The notes: generated by a model not told the origin, from the letters alone. Positions 11,401 to 23,429 are shown, counted from the whole stretch's first letter. The stretch is DNA of 63,194 nt, filler included, from Octopus bimaculoides (GCF_001194135.2; 7 parts of 6 records of this genome joined end to end with filler, not necessarily neighbours in it); one strand, 5' to 3'. Translations and numbers: made by a program.

Positions 11401-12837
11401 ACTATTGATGCTACTGCACTACTGAGTGGATCTCCAACCCTCCAACTCGTATCTGTCCCACCGTCAACATCCTTTGCTTTCCCTTCACCTACGTTCGACC
11501 ACCTTACCTCTTGAATTCAACACCAAATGTCCTAAAGGACACTCATAACTGACTGAAGTTTTGTTAGCTTGCAGTACAGAGTTTCACTATTCCGGTTGGG
11601 TTGAAACAGGAAGCTGCTACAGCAAATTATTCCTATAATATATATCCCCTGGTAATGTCAATAGATTTAATAACCCATTGTTGGATAATTCTCTGAAAAT
11701 ATTAAACAACCAATGACTATGTCATATTTGGTGGAGACAAATAAAATATTCTTAAAAAATATACAGCCAAAAGGTTTTAGTTAAACATTTTATAACAATA
11801 AATAGTTAAATTATATTTTTAATTAAATATTAATAATATTCATGCATTTTGTTTTAATGTGTTAACTACTTACACCAACATGTGTCTTTTAACAATTTGT
11901 TTTGTCTTCGATGTTTGGCTAGACTGTTGAAAATCGAAGTATGCAACTATATGAGGTCAGTAACAAAAAAAAATCAAAAAACTAATTGTTTCTTTTGATA
12001 TTATCTGGTTTGTATTCCATTTTATTTTAATTCTCATTAGCAATCTCATAGCTCACACCTCTTTAACTTTCTCGTGTAATATTTGATTGCCCTGAATCTG
12101 AAATTGTTTTACTGAATTTCAAAATTAGAATATCAGATATGTAGTAGGCATATGAAAGCAGGATTGTGAATTAAACAAATATTTAGATCAGTTGAAATAT
12201 GTTTTGAGACATATCTGACCTGTAAAAACACCTGTTTCCAATGCAATTTGCCATGGTAAAAAATCTCACTTTAGGTAATATATGTCAAAACACCAAGTCA
12301 TTTTATGGCAACCTCTGGCCTACTACATTTTTTATTCTAGCCTATTTGACATTGCATTTAATCACTTCATAAATTTATACTCATTTTCTATATAAACCAT
12401 GACTAACAGAATCATTTCAGAGTTGCCTCCCCTATAATACTTTATGCTGATGGTAACCAAACAGCTTGAAGTGCATTTATTATTCCACTGGAGGACACTG
12501 TGAGATGACTTGATATTCTGACACCTGTTGCCTAAAGCTAAATTTTTCTCTATGGCAAATTGTGGTGGTAACAGCTTTTTTTACAAGTCCCTAACAGATA
12601 TGCATTGATCTAAATGTTTGTTTAGAATATCAGGCTTATATTGAATTGTAAGGAGGCTGCCTGTCTGCATTACTCCTCACACCATATATAATATCCAGCA
12701 TTTTATAGATTGAAGAATTAAATCTCTTAGTACATTACAAGTTCTGTAAAGTGTTCCATACCTTTAAGGTGATCTAGCCCCTAGGAATATAACCAGCCTT
12801 TATATGAAAAATTAATCCATACATCAATGAAACTGTT

Positions 12838-13212
12838 GTTGTTGTTGGCACTCCGTCGCTTATGACATCGAGGGTTCCAGTCGATCCAATCAACGGAACA
12901 GCCTGCTCATGAAATTAACGTGCAAGTGGCTGAGCACTCCACAGACACGTGTACCCTTAACGTAGTTCTCGGGGTTATTCAGCGTGACACAGAGAGTGAC
13001 AAGGCTGACCCTTTGAATTACAGGCACAACAGAAACAGGAAGTAAGAGTGAGATAAAGTTGTGGTGAAAGAGTACAGCGGGGTTCGCCACTATCCCCTGC
13101 CAGAGCCTTGTGGAGTTTTAGGTGTTTTCGCTCAATAAACACTCGCAACACCCGGTCTGGGAATCGAAACCGCGAGTCCGCTGCCCTAACCACTGGGCCA
13201 TTGCGCCTCCAC
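12838..13212 (-). mobile_element. tRNA-derived SINE family B, near full-length
   Basis: Minus head GTGGAGGCGCAATGGCCCAGTGGTTAGGGCAGCGGACTCGCGGTTTCGATTCCC; homologous to 36280-36660 and 38445-38785. Confidence 0.85.
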
Positions 13213-14299
13213 AATGAAACTGTAAACATTAACTATTGCAATTTTTAATAAATTGTTTGAAGAAAAATAAAAAAATACCTATCACCTTCAGTTCTGTTAA
13301 CCTTTTCAGGGTCATAATTCTAATGAAAGAAGAGGATACAGGTTATGCTCTACCTTCATCTTGTATAGCTTTGTATTTCTAGTGGTTATGAAGCTGAAAT
13401 GAATTGTAACCTTACAAATGGTTACAATCATTATCTTCCTAGAACAGAATACATAACTCTGGTATACAGCAGATTTTTAATCCTTCTTTTTAATTGAGTG
13501 GTTTGCAATAAGGACATCAGTTGTCGAAAAAATATTTATTCCAACAATATACAAATGTACAAATTACTATACTTTTAAAAATTAAGGTGTAACGAACCTT
13601 TTAAGTGCTGTACATTGTCTGTTGGCCTGAATGATATGGATTATTTTGGCCAGTGAAGAGACACTAGTCGTTTGATATAGCAGCCAAACACTCCTCAACT
13701 ACTTGCTATTGTGTTAAGTAAAAAATGAAAATACTCTAGATAATATATCTTAGAAATACTATGTCTGGAAGAACATGACACTAATACCAGTTTTGGCATA
13801 ATTTCATCAATATAAGAGGTACAGGCGTGACTGTGGGGTAAAAAAGTTCACCTCACACTGCATCCAGATGGTTCTGTGTTCAATAATACTACCTGGGACT
13901 TTTGGTAAGATTGGTCTGTTATTGCTATGAGATAATACTTGGAGTGGAATTTGGTGAATGGAAACTAACAGAAGCTCAAATGTCTTCTACCATAGTCTTG
14001 GGCCTGTGTGTGGAATTGGTAGATAAAAACTGAGAAGCCTGTTATGTATGTGTGTGTATATATATAGATATATGTGTGTGTGTGTATTGTCAGTATCAGC
14101 TCAAACATTAGTCAATATGTTGGCACCACTGGTTTCTATTGGCTGCAATCCTTTCTGCATCCATCCATGTGGTGATTAGCTATCATGCTGGTTATGAGTG
14201 TTATGCGCCATATAGTATTCTATCTTTTTTCTTTTTACTCTCCAATGCATCTATTTGAAAGCTGTTTTAGAATTATGGTTTCTGATAGCCAAAGTATGT

Positions 14300-14776
14300 G
14301 ACCTGTTAGTAAAATCATCACAGAATGAAGATCAAAGCTAAGTAGTCTTGTTGGCTCTCTTTAGATTGTCTTCATTGGTTATGTGGTCATTCCACCACAT
14401 TCTCAGAAGCCTTCTGAAGCATTTTTAGTGGAACACATTTAGCTTTCTCTTGATTTTCATAGTGATCTTCCCTGTCTGTCACAGAGAACTGTTGGTAGAA
14501 TTATGCTGTGACAGAGCTGGATCTTTGTAAGTCAATGGTTTTGGAGGACCAAATAGTATACATTCTCTGAAATATGGCTACAGCTTTACCAATTCCATGG
14601 TTGATATTAGACTCAGTATCACCATTGTTACTGATGACACTATCCAGATACGTGAATCTGTCTGCTGTCTCAATGTTTTGTTCATTAATCTTTATGATCA
14701 TTGTTGTTTGACAGTCATTTGTAATGCTCAGTTTTGGACTTCTCTGCACTGGTTCCCAGTTCAATTTTTCTAGCAT
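14300..14776 (-). mobile_element. RTE LINE reverse transcriptase C-terminal fragment
   Basis: FTYLDSVISNNGDTESNINHGIGKAVAIFQRMYTIWSS matches the RTE FTYLGS..RIGKA..IW pattern. Confidence 0.75.
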
Positions 14777-15449
14777 TTTGGTATAGTTATTAAATATATA
14801 TATATGTGTTTATGCACATATATATATATCCTAATTCAAGTTAATATAACAACTATTTTACACATTAATCATTTTATTAAATCATGATTTGTATTAACTT
14901 TTATTCAGGAAGGAATACACATAGATATGCATGCATACATGTGTGTGTGTGTGTGTGTGTATGTCGGTAAATGTATTCATTCCTGAATAAAAGAAAACAT
15001 TGTATGAAGCAATTGTTTTATTAATTTAAATTAAGATCTATATATATATATATATGCACATTCATACACCCATTATTTATTAATGTAAACTTAGTGCTTC
15101 TTTACCTTCTACAAACTGCTTAAGTTTATCCTTTTATCAAGGCAAATTCTTGAATGGCCCGATGCACTTCCCGTTGCCAAGCCTTATCTGTTTCCAAGAA
15201 TGGTAATATTTTCCTATGACCGGACATGTTTTCACAGGATATTGGAAATGAGTGACGTTCATTCATTTACAAGAATCACATCATGCCAAGACAAGGAAAC
15301 ATACATACTCACAATAAATAGATATATACAGGGTGCGATGGGCAAATTGTCGCCATTTAATTTTTAAAATTTCACGCAAGCAGATTGTTTTTGATTTTGG
15401 CAGTGTATACCAGGAAACCCTTCCAACTTGTTGGTTTTACGTAGTTGTT

Positions 15450-15783
15450 TAGCTACTTCTATGATGTACAATGTGTATCAGAACGAAGTGCATCTTTGAG
15501 GTCAAGGTTTCCATTTTTGAACTTGGCATACTAATCATGAGCTGTTCTTTCAGCTATGGCACGCTCTCCGTACACAGCACAAATGCCGCAAGCAGCTTTT
15601 GTGGCCTTAGAACTTTGATCTAAAGCAAAAAGAAGGAGGTGTCGAAAATGCTTGTTTTTCTTAACTTGACNNNNNNNNNNATTCAAAAATAGAATTCTCG
15701 AAAAAAATAGATTCCAAAATTTTTAAATGCAATAAATTCCAAAATTTAAAAAAACGGCAGGAACTTATTTGCCAACCCAATAC
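15450..15783 (-). mobile_element. Mariner 5' fragment
   Basis: TIR-like TATTGGGTTGGCAAATAAGTTCC; transposase N-terminus KKNKHFRHLLLFA and WYAKFKNGNLDLKD. Confidence 0.75.
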
Positions 15784-16250
15784 AAACTCTTCAAAATTGT
15801 GACAGTTATTGGAAATTTAGTACTTAGTGAAAATACTGAAATTAGATTGAGTTTTTCAGCTCATTTTTACTATTCTCATAAGAAAGATGCAAATGAATCA
15901 TTAAACAATTTTAAAAAGTCATATATATGTGTGTGTGTGTGTGTGCATATGTATATATATATATATATGTGTATATTATACAAAATATGGGGGTTTGGTT
16001 CACAGGTGATCTAAATAACTACGTACGCTAGTTAAGTGCTGTAATGGATTACCAAGGCTACAAAGTAGTTATGGAGCCATTGCAGATTTCTGATATAGCA
16101 GATATAAATTGTTAAAGAGGACAACAAACGTTAAGGCAAGGCAAATGTCTCAAGTCATATACATTATTATAATTGGAAAAAAAAAATTCCTCTTTAACAA
16201 TTATATATATGCGTTGATGTTGTGTGTGTGTGTGTGTGTTAATAAATATC

Positions 16251-16350
16251 NNNNNNNNNNNNNNNNNNNNNNNNNNNNNNNNNNNNNNNNNNNNTTAATT
16301 AATTAANNNNNNNNNNNNNNNNNNNNNNNNNNNNNNNNNNNNNNNNNNNN
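16251..16350. other. Artificial assembly linker N44-TTAATTAATTAA-N44 (also 21437, 41983, 51026, 57694, 60579)
   Basis: Six identical 100-nt constructs; the 12-mer gives stops in all six frames. Confidence 0.95.
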
Positions 16351-17118
16351 TGTCACAAACACACTATTTCTTTCTTTCTCTCTCTCTTTCTTTCTTTCTC
16401 CCTCTCTTTCTTTCTTTCTCCCTCTCTCTCTCCTTCACGCGCGTACGCACAGATTTGACTTCGCCATGTCAACAAACTTCAAAATTGGTAAAAGTTTATC
16501 GATTTTTACAGCTATACGCGGGTGCCTCTGTGAGAAAAAGTTGACAAAAACACATAGAGTCATGAACAATGTCCTCCTAAAATTGGAGCGACATGCGTGC
16601 TAATTTGTGGACGTGCATAACCCACATCACGTACACACACACACACAAACATCTTGTGTTTTATAGATATTGATACATATATAGTTTTAGGGATTTTTAT
16701 CCCTAATAATATTATATATATATATATACACGTATATATACACACATATTTGTGTGTGTGTCTGAGTATTCCATAGTTCACTTCTCCCTAGTTTTCTTCA
16801 TCATGCTAAGGGAAATAACTCAAATAGTAAATAGTGGTGTTGGTGTTGTTGATGTTGTTGTTGGTGGTGGTGGGAATCTGTGATTGTGGTGTTAATAATG
16901 GTGAAAAGAAAAAGACACGGTGAGTGGAGAGGGAGAGAGAGAAAGAGAGAAAGTGAGTAAGACATAGGGAAAATAGAAATTAGAGATGATAATAGTAGAT
17001 GGTGGTATTGTTTGTGATGGTAGTAGTGGTAGTAGTGGTAGTGGTGAAGTTTATACTGAAACTGCAGAGAGTAGGAGTGAAAAGAGAAAAAGATAAAGCC
17101 AGCTCAGAGAGAGAGAGA

Positions 17119-17153
<35 letters not shown>

Positions 17154-17344
17154 AAGGCTGAGTAAGTGAGAGAGAATGTAAACATAGAAAGAGAAAGAAC
17201 AGAAAGGTGAGAGGGTGAAAATGTTGTGAGATGGAAGGGAGTAGGAACAATATATAATAAATTTTGTGACATCACTAAGTCTTTTGCTATCTCATTCTCT
17301 CATTCACACCACTTGCTCTCTCTCTCTCTCTCTCTTTCTGGATC

Positions 17345-17765
17345 ATTGTCATCATCATCATCATTTAGCATCTTCTTTCCAAGCTGGTATGGGCTGGATG
17401 CTTTGACATGAAGCTAGCTAGCAGGAAGCTGGCCAGACTCCAATTGCCTGTTGTGGCATGGTTTTTATGGCTGGATGCCCTTCTTAACACCAACCACTTT
17501 ACAGAGTGTGCTGCTGGGTGCTTTTTACATGGCAATGGCATGGGTGCATTTATGTAGCACCACCACAGGTGCATTAATACAGCACCAGCATGGGTGCTTT
17601 TTAAGTGGCACCAGCATGGGTGCTTTTTAAGTGGCACCAGCATATAAAGGACAAGCCTGTATATGTAGAAGATAAAGACCTTACCTAGCCTGACATGTCT
17701 TATCAAGTACAGCAAATCACCAGATCTCCCAGTCCCTTGTCATTTCCTCAGAGAGGCCCAGCGTA
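17345..17765 (-). mobile_element. RTE-tail retroposon with internal tandem units
   Basis: (CAT)n-TTTAGCATC..GGCTGGATGCCCTTC; repeated GGCACCAGCATGGGTGCTTTTTAAGT. Confidence 0.7.
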
Positions 17766-18424
17766 TTTTGTTTAAAATATTTTTAAAGTGTGTCTAAGTG
17801 TTAAAATAATGGTTAGCTGAAAGTCCACTATGTAATTATTTCTAGCTAACTTTTTAATACTCACAACACGGAATATGTTAACACTAACTTAACTTTCTCC
17901 CTCTGAATCACTGCACAATTACTTCTAGTAATCTTTTAATACTCCCTGCATTAAATACCTTAACATCAATGTCTCAACTCATAATTATTTCTAGTTAACT
18001 TTTTAATACTCTCCTCATTAAATATATTAACACTAACTTAAAAATACTAATTTGTTACAATGAGATCATGATACAATTTTGTAAGGTAAGTATACAGTAA
18101 TTTCATTAACCCAAGTATATAACTGGTACTTAGCTTTATTGATGCCACATCATTTATAAAGAAGATAAAAGAGGTTCTAGAATGGAACCTTGAGAAACAC
18201 CAATGGAGAGAAGCAGAAAGCATTTTAACTCTTGTATACAGCAAACTGCTCTTAATTAAGGAAGTATCTGTGGAATGTAAGATGTGTTTAATTATATCTT
18301 ACACATTAACGATGTAACTTAGAAAACAGAATATCCTATTTCAGGGTAATGTAAATGTCTGAAAGATTCCAACTAGTGATGTTTTTGCCTCAATTATCTT
18401 ACATAAAATGTTTTCTACCAATAT

Positions 18425-18891
18425 CACTGTGTAACACGATTTTTGTCCTTGGGCAGTGACTGTTATTTCCTATTTACTTGGCCCTAGAAAGTATGAGAAA
18501 TGGCCAATATTTCCTTCAAAGTTTGTTTTTGTTATATTTATTCAAACCCCAAAGGCTATGGTGCTTCCCCACTACTCCTGTTCATCATCAGAGATACACA
18601 GATTGTCAGCCACCAAGGGACATGCTCAAATGGTTAAGGTCAAGCAACGGACAAGCAAATCTGAAATAATGAGCAGAATATTTGCTATAATGATATTTCT
18701 GCTTCAGCAACTCAGCTCTGGATCTGTGTGAAATGGAATGGAAAATAGGTCAATTTGGAAACATTGATGTCCAAGTCACAAAAACAAAGTTTGAAGGGAA
18801 TAGTAGTCATTTCTTTTGATTTCTAGATAGAAGCAAATAGGAACTCACACTTAACGGAGACAAAAAAACATTCAAATTTTGTTACACGGTG
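18425..18891. mobile_element. Non-autonomous DNA transposon with long imperfect inverted ends
   Basis: CACTGTGTAACA at left and TGTTACACGGTG at right; subterminal CCTTCAAAGTTTGTTTTTGT pairs with ACAAAAACAAAGTTTGAAGG. Confidence 0.7.
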
Positions 18892-19480
18892 TTATCTATT
18901 TGACTCTCGTTGGCTCTCAGGATATGTTAATCCAATGTCTCCTTTCAACAAATGGTGTTTTATAAACACTTCCTTTTCATGTTTTGCAAAATGAATATGA
19001 ATAAATAGGTAAAAAATGTAGATTATTGTAATTAAACAAAAACTAATTTAATGCAGAGGTTTATTATCCGTATTCTCTTCCACCATTTCATCCAATACTT
19101 ACCCATTTTTATATTTTATAAATATTTGTATGGTCCATTGGCTCCATTTGTTATATTTTTTAAGGGGAAATTATATTGGACCTTGCTACATAATTAATCA
19201 TGTTTCTACTCAAATGATAACATAATGACTGATTAATATTTTAATCCTGACAAAGATTTCGTTGGAAAGGTATTTAAAAAATATATATTTGACATCGTCA
19301 TCATTGTCGTTATCGTCGTTGTCATCATAATTATTATGAATCATGATCATCATTCAGTTCTGTATTTAAGGGATGAGGAATTCTGTACATTATTTACATT
19401 ATTTACATTATTTACATTCGACGGATATTTGTCCTCATCTTGTTTGTTGTTAACACAATGTTTCGGCTGATATACCCACA

Positions 19481-19556
19481 GGCATATGGCATAGTGGTTA
19501 AGAGCACAAGCTACTAACCCCAAGATTCCAAGTTTGATTCCAGGCAGTGACCTGAA
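19481..19556 (+). mobile_element. tRNA-derived SINE head
   Basis: A box TGGCATAGTGG (19487-19497) and B box-like GTTTGATTCC (19532-19541), followed by (CTA)n. Confidence 0.65.
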
Positions 19557-20071
19557 GACTACTACTACTACTACTANNNNNNNNNNNNNNNNNNNNNNNN
19601 NNNNNNNNNNNNNNNNNNNNNNNNNNNNNNNNNNNNNNNNNNNNNNNNNNNNNNNNNNNNNNNNNNNNNNNNNNNNNNNNNNNNNNNNNNNNNNNNNNNN
19701 NNNNNNNNNNNNNNNNNNNNNNNNNNNNNNNNNNNNNNNNNNNNNNNNNNNNNNNNNNNNNNNNNNNNNNNNNNNNNNNNNNNNNNNNNNNNNNNNNNNN
19801 NNNNNNNNNNNNNNNNNNNNNNNNNNNNNNNNNNNNNNNNNNNNNNNNNNNNNNNNNNNNNNNNNNNNNNNNNNNNNNNNNNNNNNNNNNNNNNNNNNNN
19901 NNNNNNNNNNNNNNNNNNNNNNNNNNNNNNNNNNNNNNNNNNNNNNNNNNNNNNNNNNNNNNNNNNNNNNNNNNNNNNNNNNNNNNNNNNNNNNNNNNNN
20001 NNNNNNNNNNNNNNNNNNNNNNNNNNNNNNNNNNNNNNNNNNNNNNNNNNNNNNNNNNNNNNNNNNNNNNN

Positions 20072-20191
20072 TACGCAAAACACTTTCAATACAATAACCA
20101 TAAGAGCATCACAGCAAACCACAGCACATACCCAAGGCACACAGAGCTGCGCTCGGTAGTGAAGTGAAAGCACGTTATTAAAATAAAACTA

Positions 20192-20195
<4 letters not shown>
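20072..20195 (+). mobile_element. R4/Dong-like LINE 3' end abutting (TAA)n
   Basis: C-terminus RKTLSIQ*, short UTR, then a (TAA)n tract at 20195-20262. Confidence 0.55.
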
Positions 20196-20246
<51 letters not shown>

Positions 20247-20311
20247 TTAATAATAATAATAACATCGAAAAATACCTTAGGAATGAGAACCCAGGTTCGA
20301 AATTTTCCCAA

Positions 20312-20357
20312 GACATGTGAAGAAGGCTGGAGGGTTTATCAGCCGAAACGTTGTGTT
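20312..20357 (+). ncRNA. Type I hammerhead ribozyme motif (C3 mutated to G) in PLE-like tail
   Basis: GACAT-gTGAAGA-A-GGCTG-GAGGGTTTAT-CAGCC-GAAA-CG-TT-GTGTT. Confidence 0.55.
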
Positions 20358-20660
20358 AACAACAAACAAGATGAGGACAAATATTCATCAAATGTAAATA
20401 ATGATGATCATCATTGTTTTAATGTCTACTTTTCCATATCACTGAATTAAATTAACTATGGCCGGATGCCTTTCCTGTAGCCAACGCTCATTCATTTCCA
20501 AAGAAGCTAATACTTCCTTGTGTTCGACATTTGCCATATTTTCATGCAAGGCTGGAAACAGATGACATTGCCTCTTTGACAGTGAGACTTGTTTACGACC
20601 ATCACACACGTTGTCAAAATGAGGAGGGACAAACAAGTACATGCATGTGAGTGCACATGT

Positions 20661-20700
<40 letters not shown>

Positions 20701-20721
20701 CCACAGCAATATATATATATA

Positions 20722-21130
20722 TATCATCATCATCATCATTTAGCGTCTGCTCTCTATGCTGGCATGGATGAAATGGCTCAAGTAGAAAAGGGTTAGCTGA
20801 AGAACTGTATCAGCTTCCCATCCAATTTGGCATGGTGTCCGCAGCTGGTTGCCCTTCCCAACACCAACCACTCCATAGAGTGTACCGGGTGTCTACTACA
20901 TGTAACCTGCACGGGTGCCTTTTGAGTGTCACTGGCACAGGTGCCTTTTACATATCCCTGGCACAAGTGTCTTTAATGTGTCACAGGTGCCTTCAATGTG
21001 TCACTGCTATGGGTGCCTTTAACACATCACCAGTATGGGCCTTTTTCATGTCACCAGTATGGGTGCCTTCAATGTGTCACTGGTACAGGTGCCTTTGACA
21101 TGTCACTGGCACGGGTGCCTTTAATGTGTC
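20722..21130 (-). mobile_element. RTE-tail retroposon with expanded ~24-bp internal minisatellite
   Basis: (CAT)n tail plus roughly ten GGGTGCCTTT..GTGTCACTGG units. Confidence 0.7.
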
Positions 21131-21134
21131 CTTG

Positions 21135-21270
21135 GAAAAGTTGACCTTGGTGGAATTTCCGTTCATCCTTTCAGGGTCGATAAATTAAGTACCAGTTGCA
21201 TACTAGGGTTGATGTAACTGACCAGTCCCCTTCCCCCAAATTTCAGGCCTTGTGCCTATCATAGAAAAAA
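21135..21270 (+). mobile_element. SINE family C (Meta-domain-like), 5'-truncated, followed by (ATT)n
   Basis: CATCCTTTCAGGGTCGATAAATTAAGTACCAG. Confidence 0.7.
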
Positions 21271-21273
21271 TTA

Positions 21274-21328
<55 letters not shown>

Positions 21329-21768
21329 GAGGTGTCTTTTTCTTATGAGTGAGATAGTATATGAAATAATATTTCCATGTCATCCAGTTTTCTTTTCTTC
21401 CATTTTAAGTGTCCCATTAGTTGGAGATAACATTATNNNNNNNNNNNNNNNNNNNNNNNNNNNNNNNNNNNNNNNNNNNNTTAATTAATTAANNNNNNNN
21501 NNNNNNNNNNNNNNNNNNNNNNNNNNNNNNNNNNNNATTAAATTTTGTTAACGTATGTAGTATTTAATTCCATTTGTTTATCTATGTATTGTATTATACT
21601 TTGTTCATATTATTATTGGTTTATGGGTAACACGTTGTCACATGCACTTACAAAAGACACAGACACATTGAAGGACACGCATGCGTAGACACATACAATA
21701 GGAATACAAAATACAAAATGGCTGATAGTTAGCAAGGTGAGACACACATAAGAAAGAAGGAAACAAAG

Positions 21769-21812
21769 GACCACTGATGAGGTCACAGAAGTGTGACGAA
21801 AGAACTCTGGCC
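21769..21812 (+). ncRNA. Type I hammerhead ribozyme motif
   Basis: GACCA-CTGATGA-G-GTCAC-AGAAGT-GTGAC-GAAA-G-AA-CTC-TGGCC: core intact, 5-bp stem II, CUC cleavage triplet. Confidence 0.65.
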
Positions 21813-21975
21813 GAAATAAGATTAAGATTGATGTAATATAAAGCTGAAGCAAATTAACACCAAATATACAGTGCGTGTGTTTTTATTGGCTAAACTGGCA
21901 ATATGACCATCCCCAAGTACAACAACATATATATACATAATTATACATATATGTACACATAAAAATATGTGTATG

Positions 21976-22013
21976 TGTTATTTCGCATAGCAAACCTAGC
22001 TCATCAGCACGTA
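21976..22013 (-). ncRNA. Degenerate type I hammerhead motif
   Basis: Minus GTG-CTGATGA-GCTAG-GTTTG-CTATGC-GAAA-TAA-CAC; core intact but U16.1 missing. Confidence 0.45.
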
Positions 22014-23172
22014 GAACTGAATGAAGAAGACACCAAGATGGTTCCTAGCAATTGGGCTGGTGTTTGTCAACGCAGGTCATATAGTGCTCCTAATTTGGCA
22101 ACAACATCAGTAACCGCTCAGCATCTATAGGACCACGTTCTGGAATAAAATGTAGGTGGCTACGCAATGTTTCGGGGAAATGGAGATAGTTGTCTTAGCG
22201 ACAGCTATTTGATGGTATATATATACCTGGTAAGTGGCAGGGTGTATCTGGTCCGTATAAGCTTGTGTCTTCTATACCAAACTGTGTACGTTTGCACATA
22301 TGCGCACGCACTTATGCTTGTGTGTGTGTGTTTGCATTTGAGCGGTTGTGCATTAGTGGCATCGGAAACTTGGTGGATGATTGCTTGTGTGTTCTCGACG
22401 TGTATGGTGTGTATGTAGTATGAGTAGACCTTCCTCTCTGGTAAGATTGCCTGTGCGCATAAGAGGTCACCTGTGTACGTTTCTATTTCCTGTGTATTTT
22501 CACGTTACTGTTGAGACGCACAAGTACCTGGAGGTGCATGTATATAATTATGTATGAATGTGCGAGTATATATATATATATATATGTATATATATNNNNN
22601 NNNNNNNNNNNNNNNNNNNNNNNNNNNNNNNNNNNNNNNNNNNNNNNNNNNNNNNNNNNNNNNNNNNNNNNNNNNNNNNNNNNNNNNNNNNNNNNNNNNN
22701 NNNNNNNNNNNNNNNNNNNNNNNNNNNNNNNNNNNNNNNNNNNNNNNNNNNNNNNNNNNNNNNNNNNNNNNNNNNNNNNNNNNNNNNNNNNNNNNNNNNN
22801 NNNNNNNNNNNNNNNNNNNNNNNNNNNNNNNNNNNNNNNNNNNNNNNNNNNNNNNNNNNNNNNNNNNNNNNNNNNNNNNNNNNNNNNNNNNNNNNNNNNN
22901 NNNNNNNNNNNNNNNNNNNNNNNNNNNNNNNNNNNNNNNNNNNNNNNNNNNNNNNNNNNNNNNNNNNNNNNNNNNNNNNNNNNNNNNNNNNNNNNNNNNN
23001 NNNNNNNNNNNNNNNNNNNNNNNNNNNNNNNNNNNNNNNNNNNNNNNNNNNNNNNNNNNNNNNNNNNNNNNNNNNNNNNNNNNNNNNNNNNNNNNNNNNN
23101 NNNNNNNNNNNNNNNNNNNNNNNNNNNNNNNNNNNNNNNNNNNNNNNNNNNNNNNNNNNNNNNNNNNNNNNN

Positions 23173-23206
<34 letters not shown>

Positions 23207-23429
23207 ATTTTTGAACTAATAGGTATATGTCAATTTGTGTGTTGATGTTCTGAGTAATGCACTAGCACAATTTGGGCTATCTGGTGTCATCCGCATTTTG
23301 GGTATATTTCTGTTAGGTCTACTGAAGGAATTTCGCAGTGTTAGTTGAGAAAATCGATTAAGGAAAGAGATGACTAATAAAGTTTAATACCAAATCCATC
23401 TTCTCTTTTCTTAAACGATTATTACATAT

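Noticed and set aside
13868-13904. AG/GT-bounded frame DGSVFNNTTWDF
   Set aside because: It lies within a degenerate family A SINE (13820-14050).
17830-18045. Degenerate 60-90 bp tandem repeat (AATTATTTCTAG.TAACTTTTTAATACTC x3)
   Set aside because: Real but an ordinary AT-rich local duplication with no supportable function.
19345-20405. CRISPR-like or bacterial system interpretation of repeats in the window
   Set aside because: No regularly spaced repeat-spacer array, operon or cas-like ORF; the DNA is eukaryotic with spliceosomal introns.
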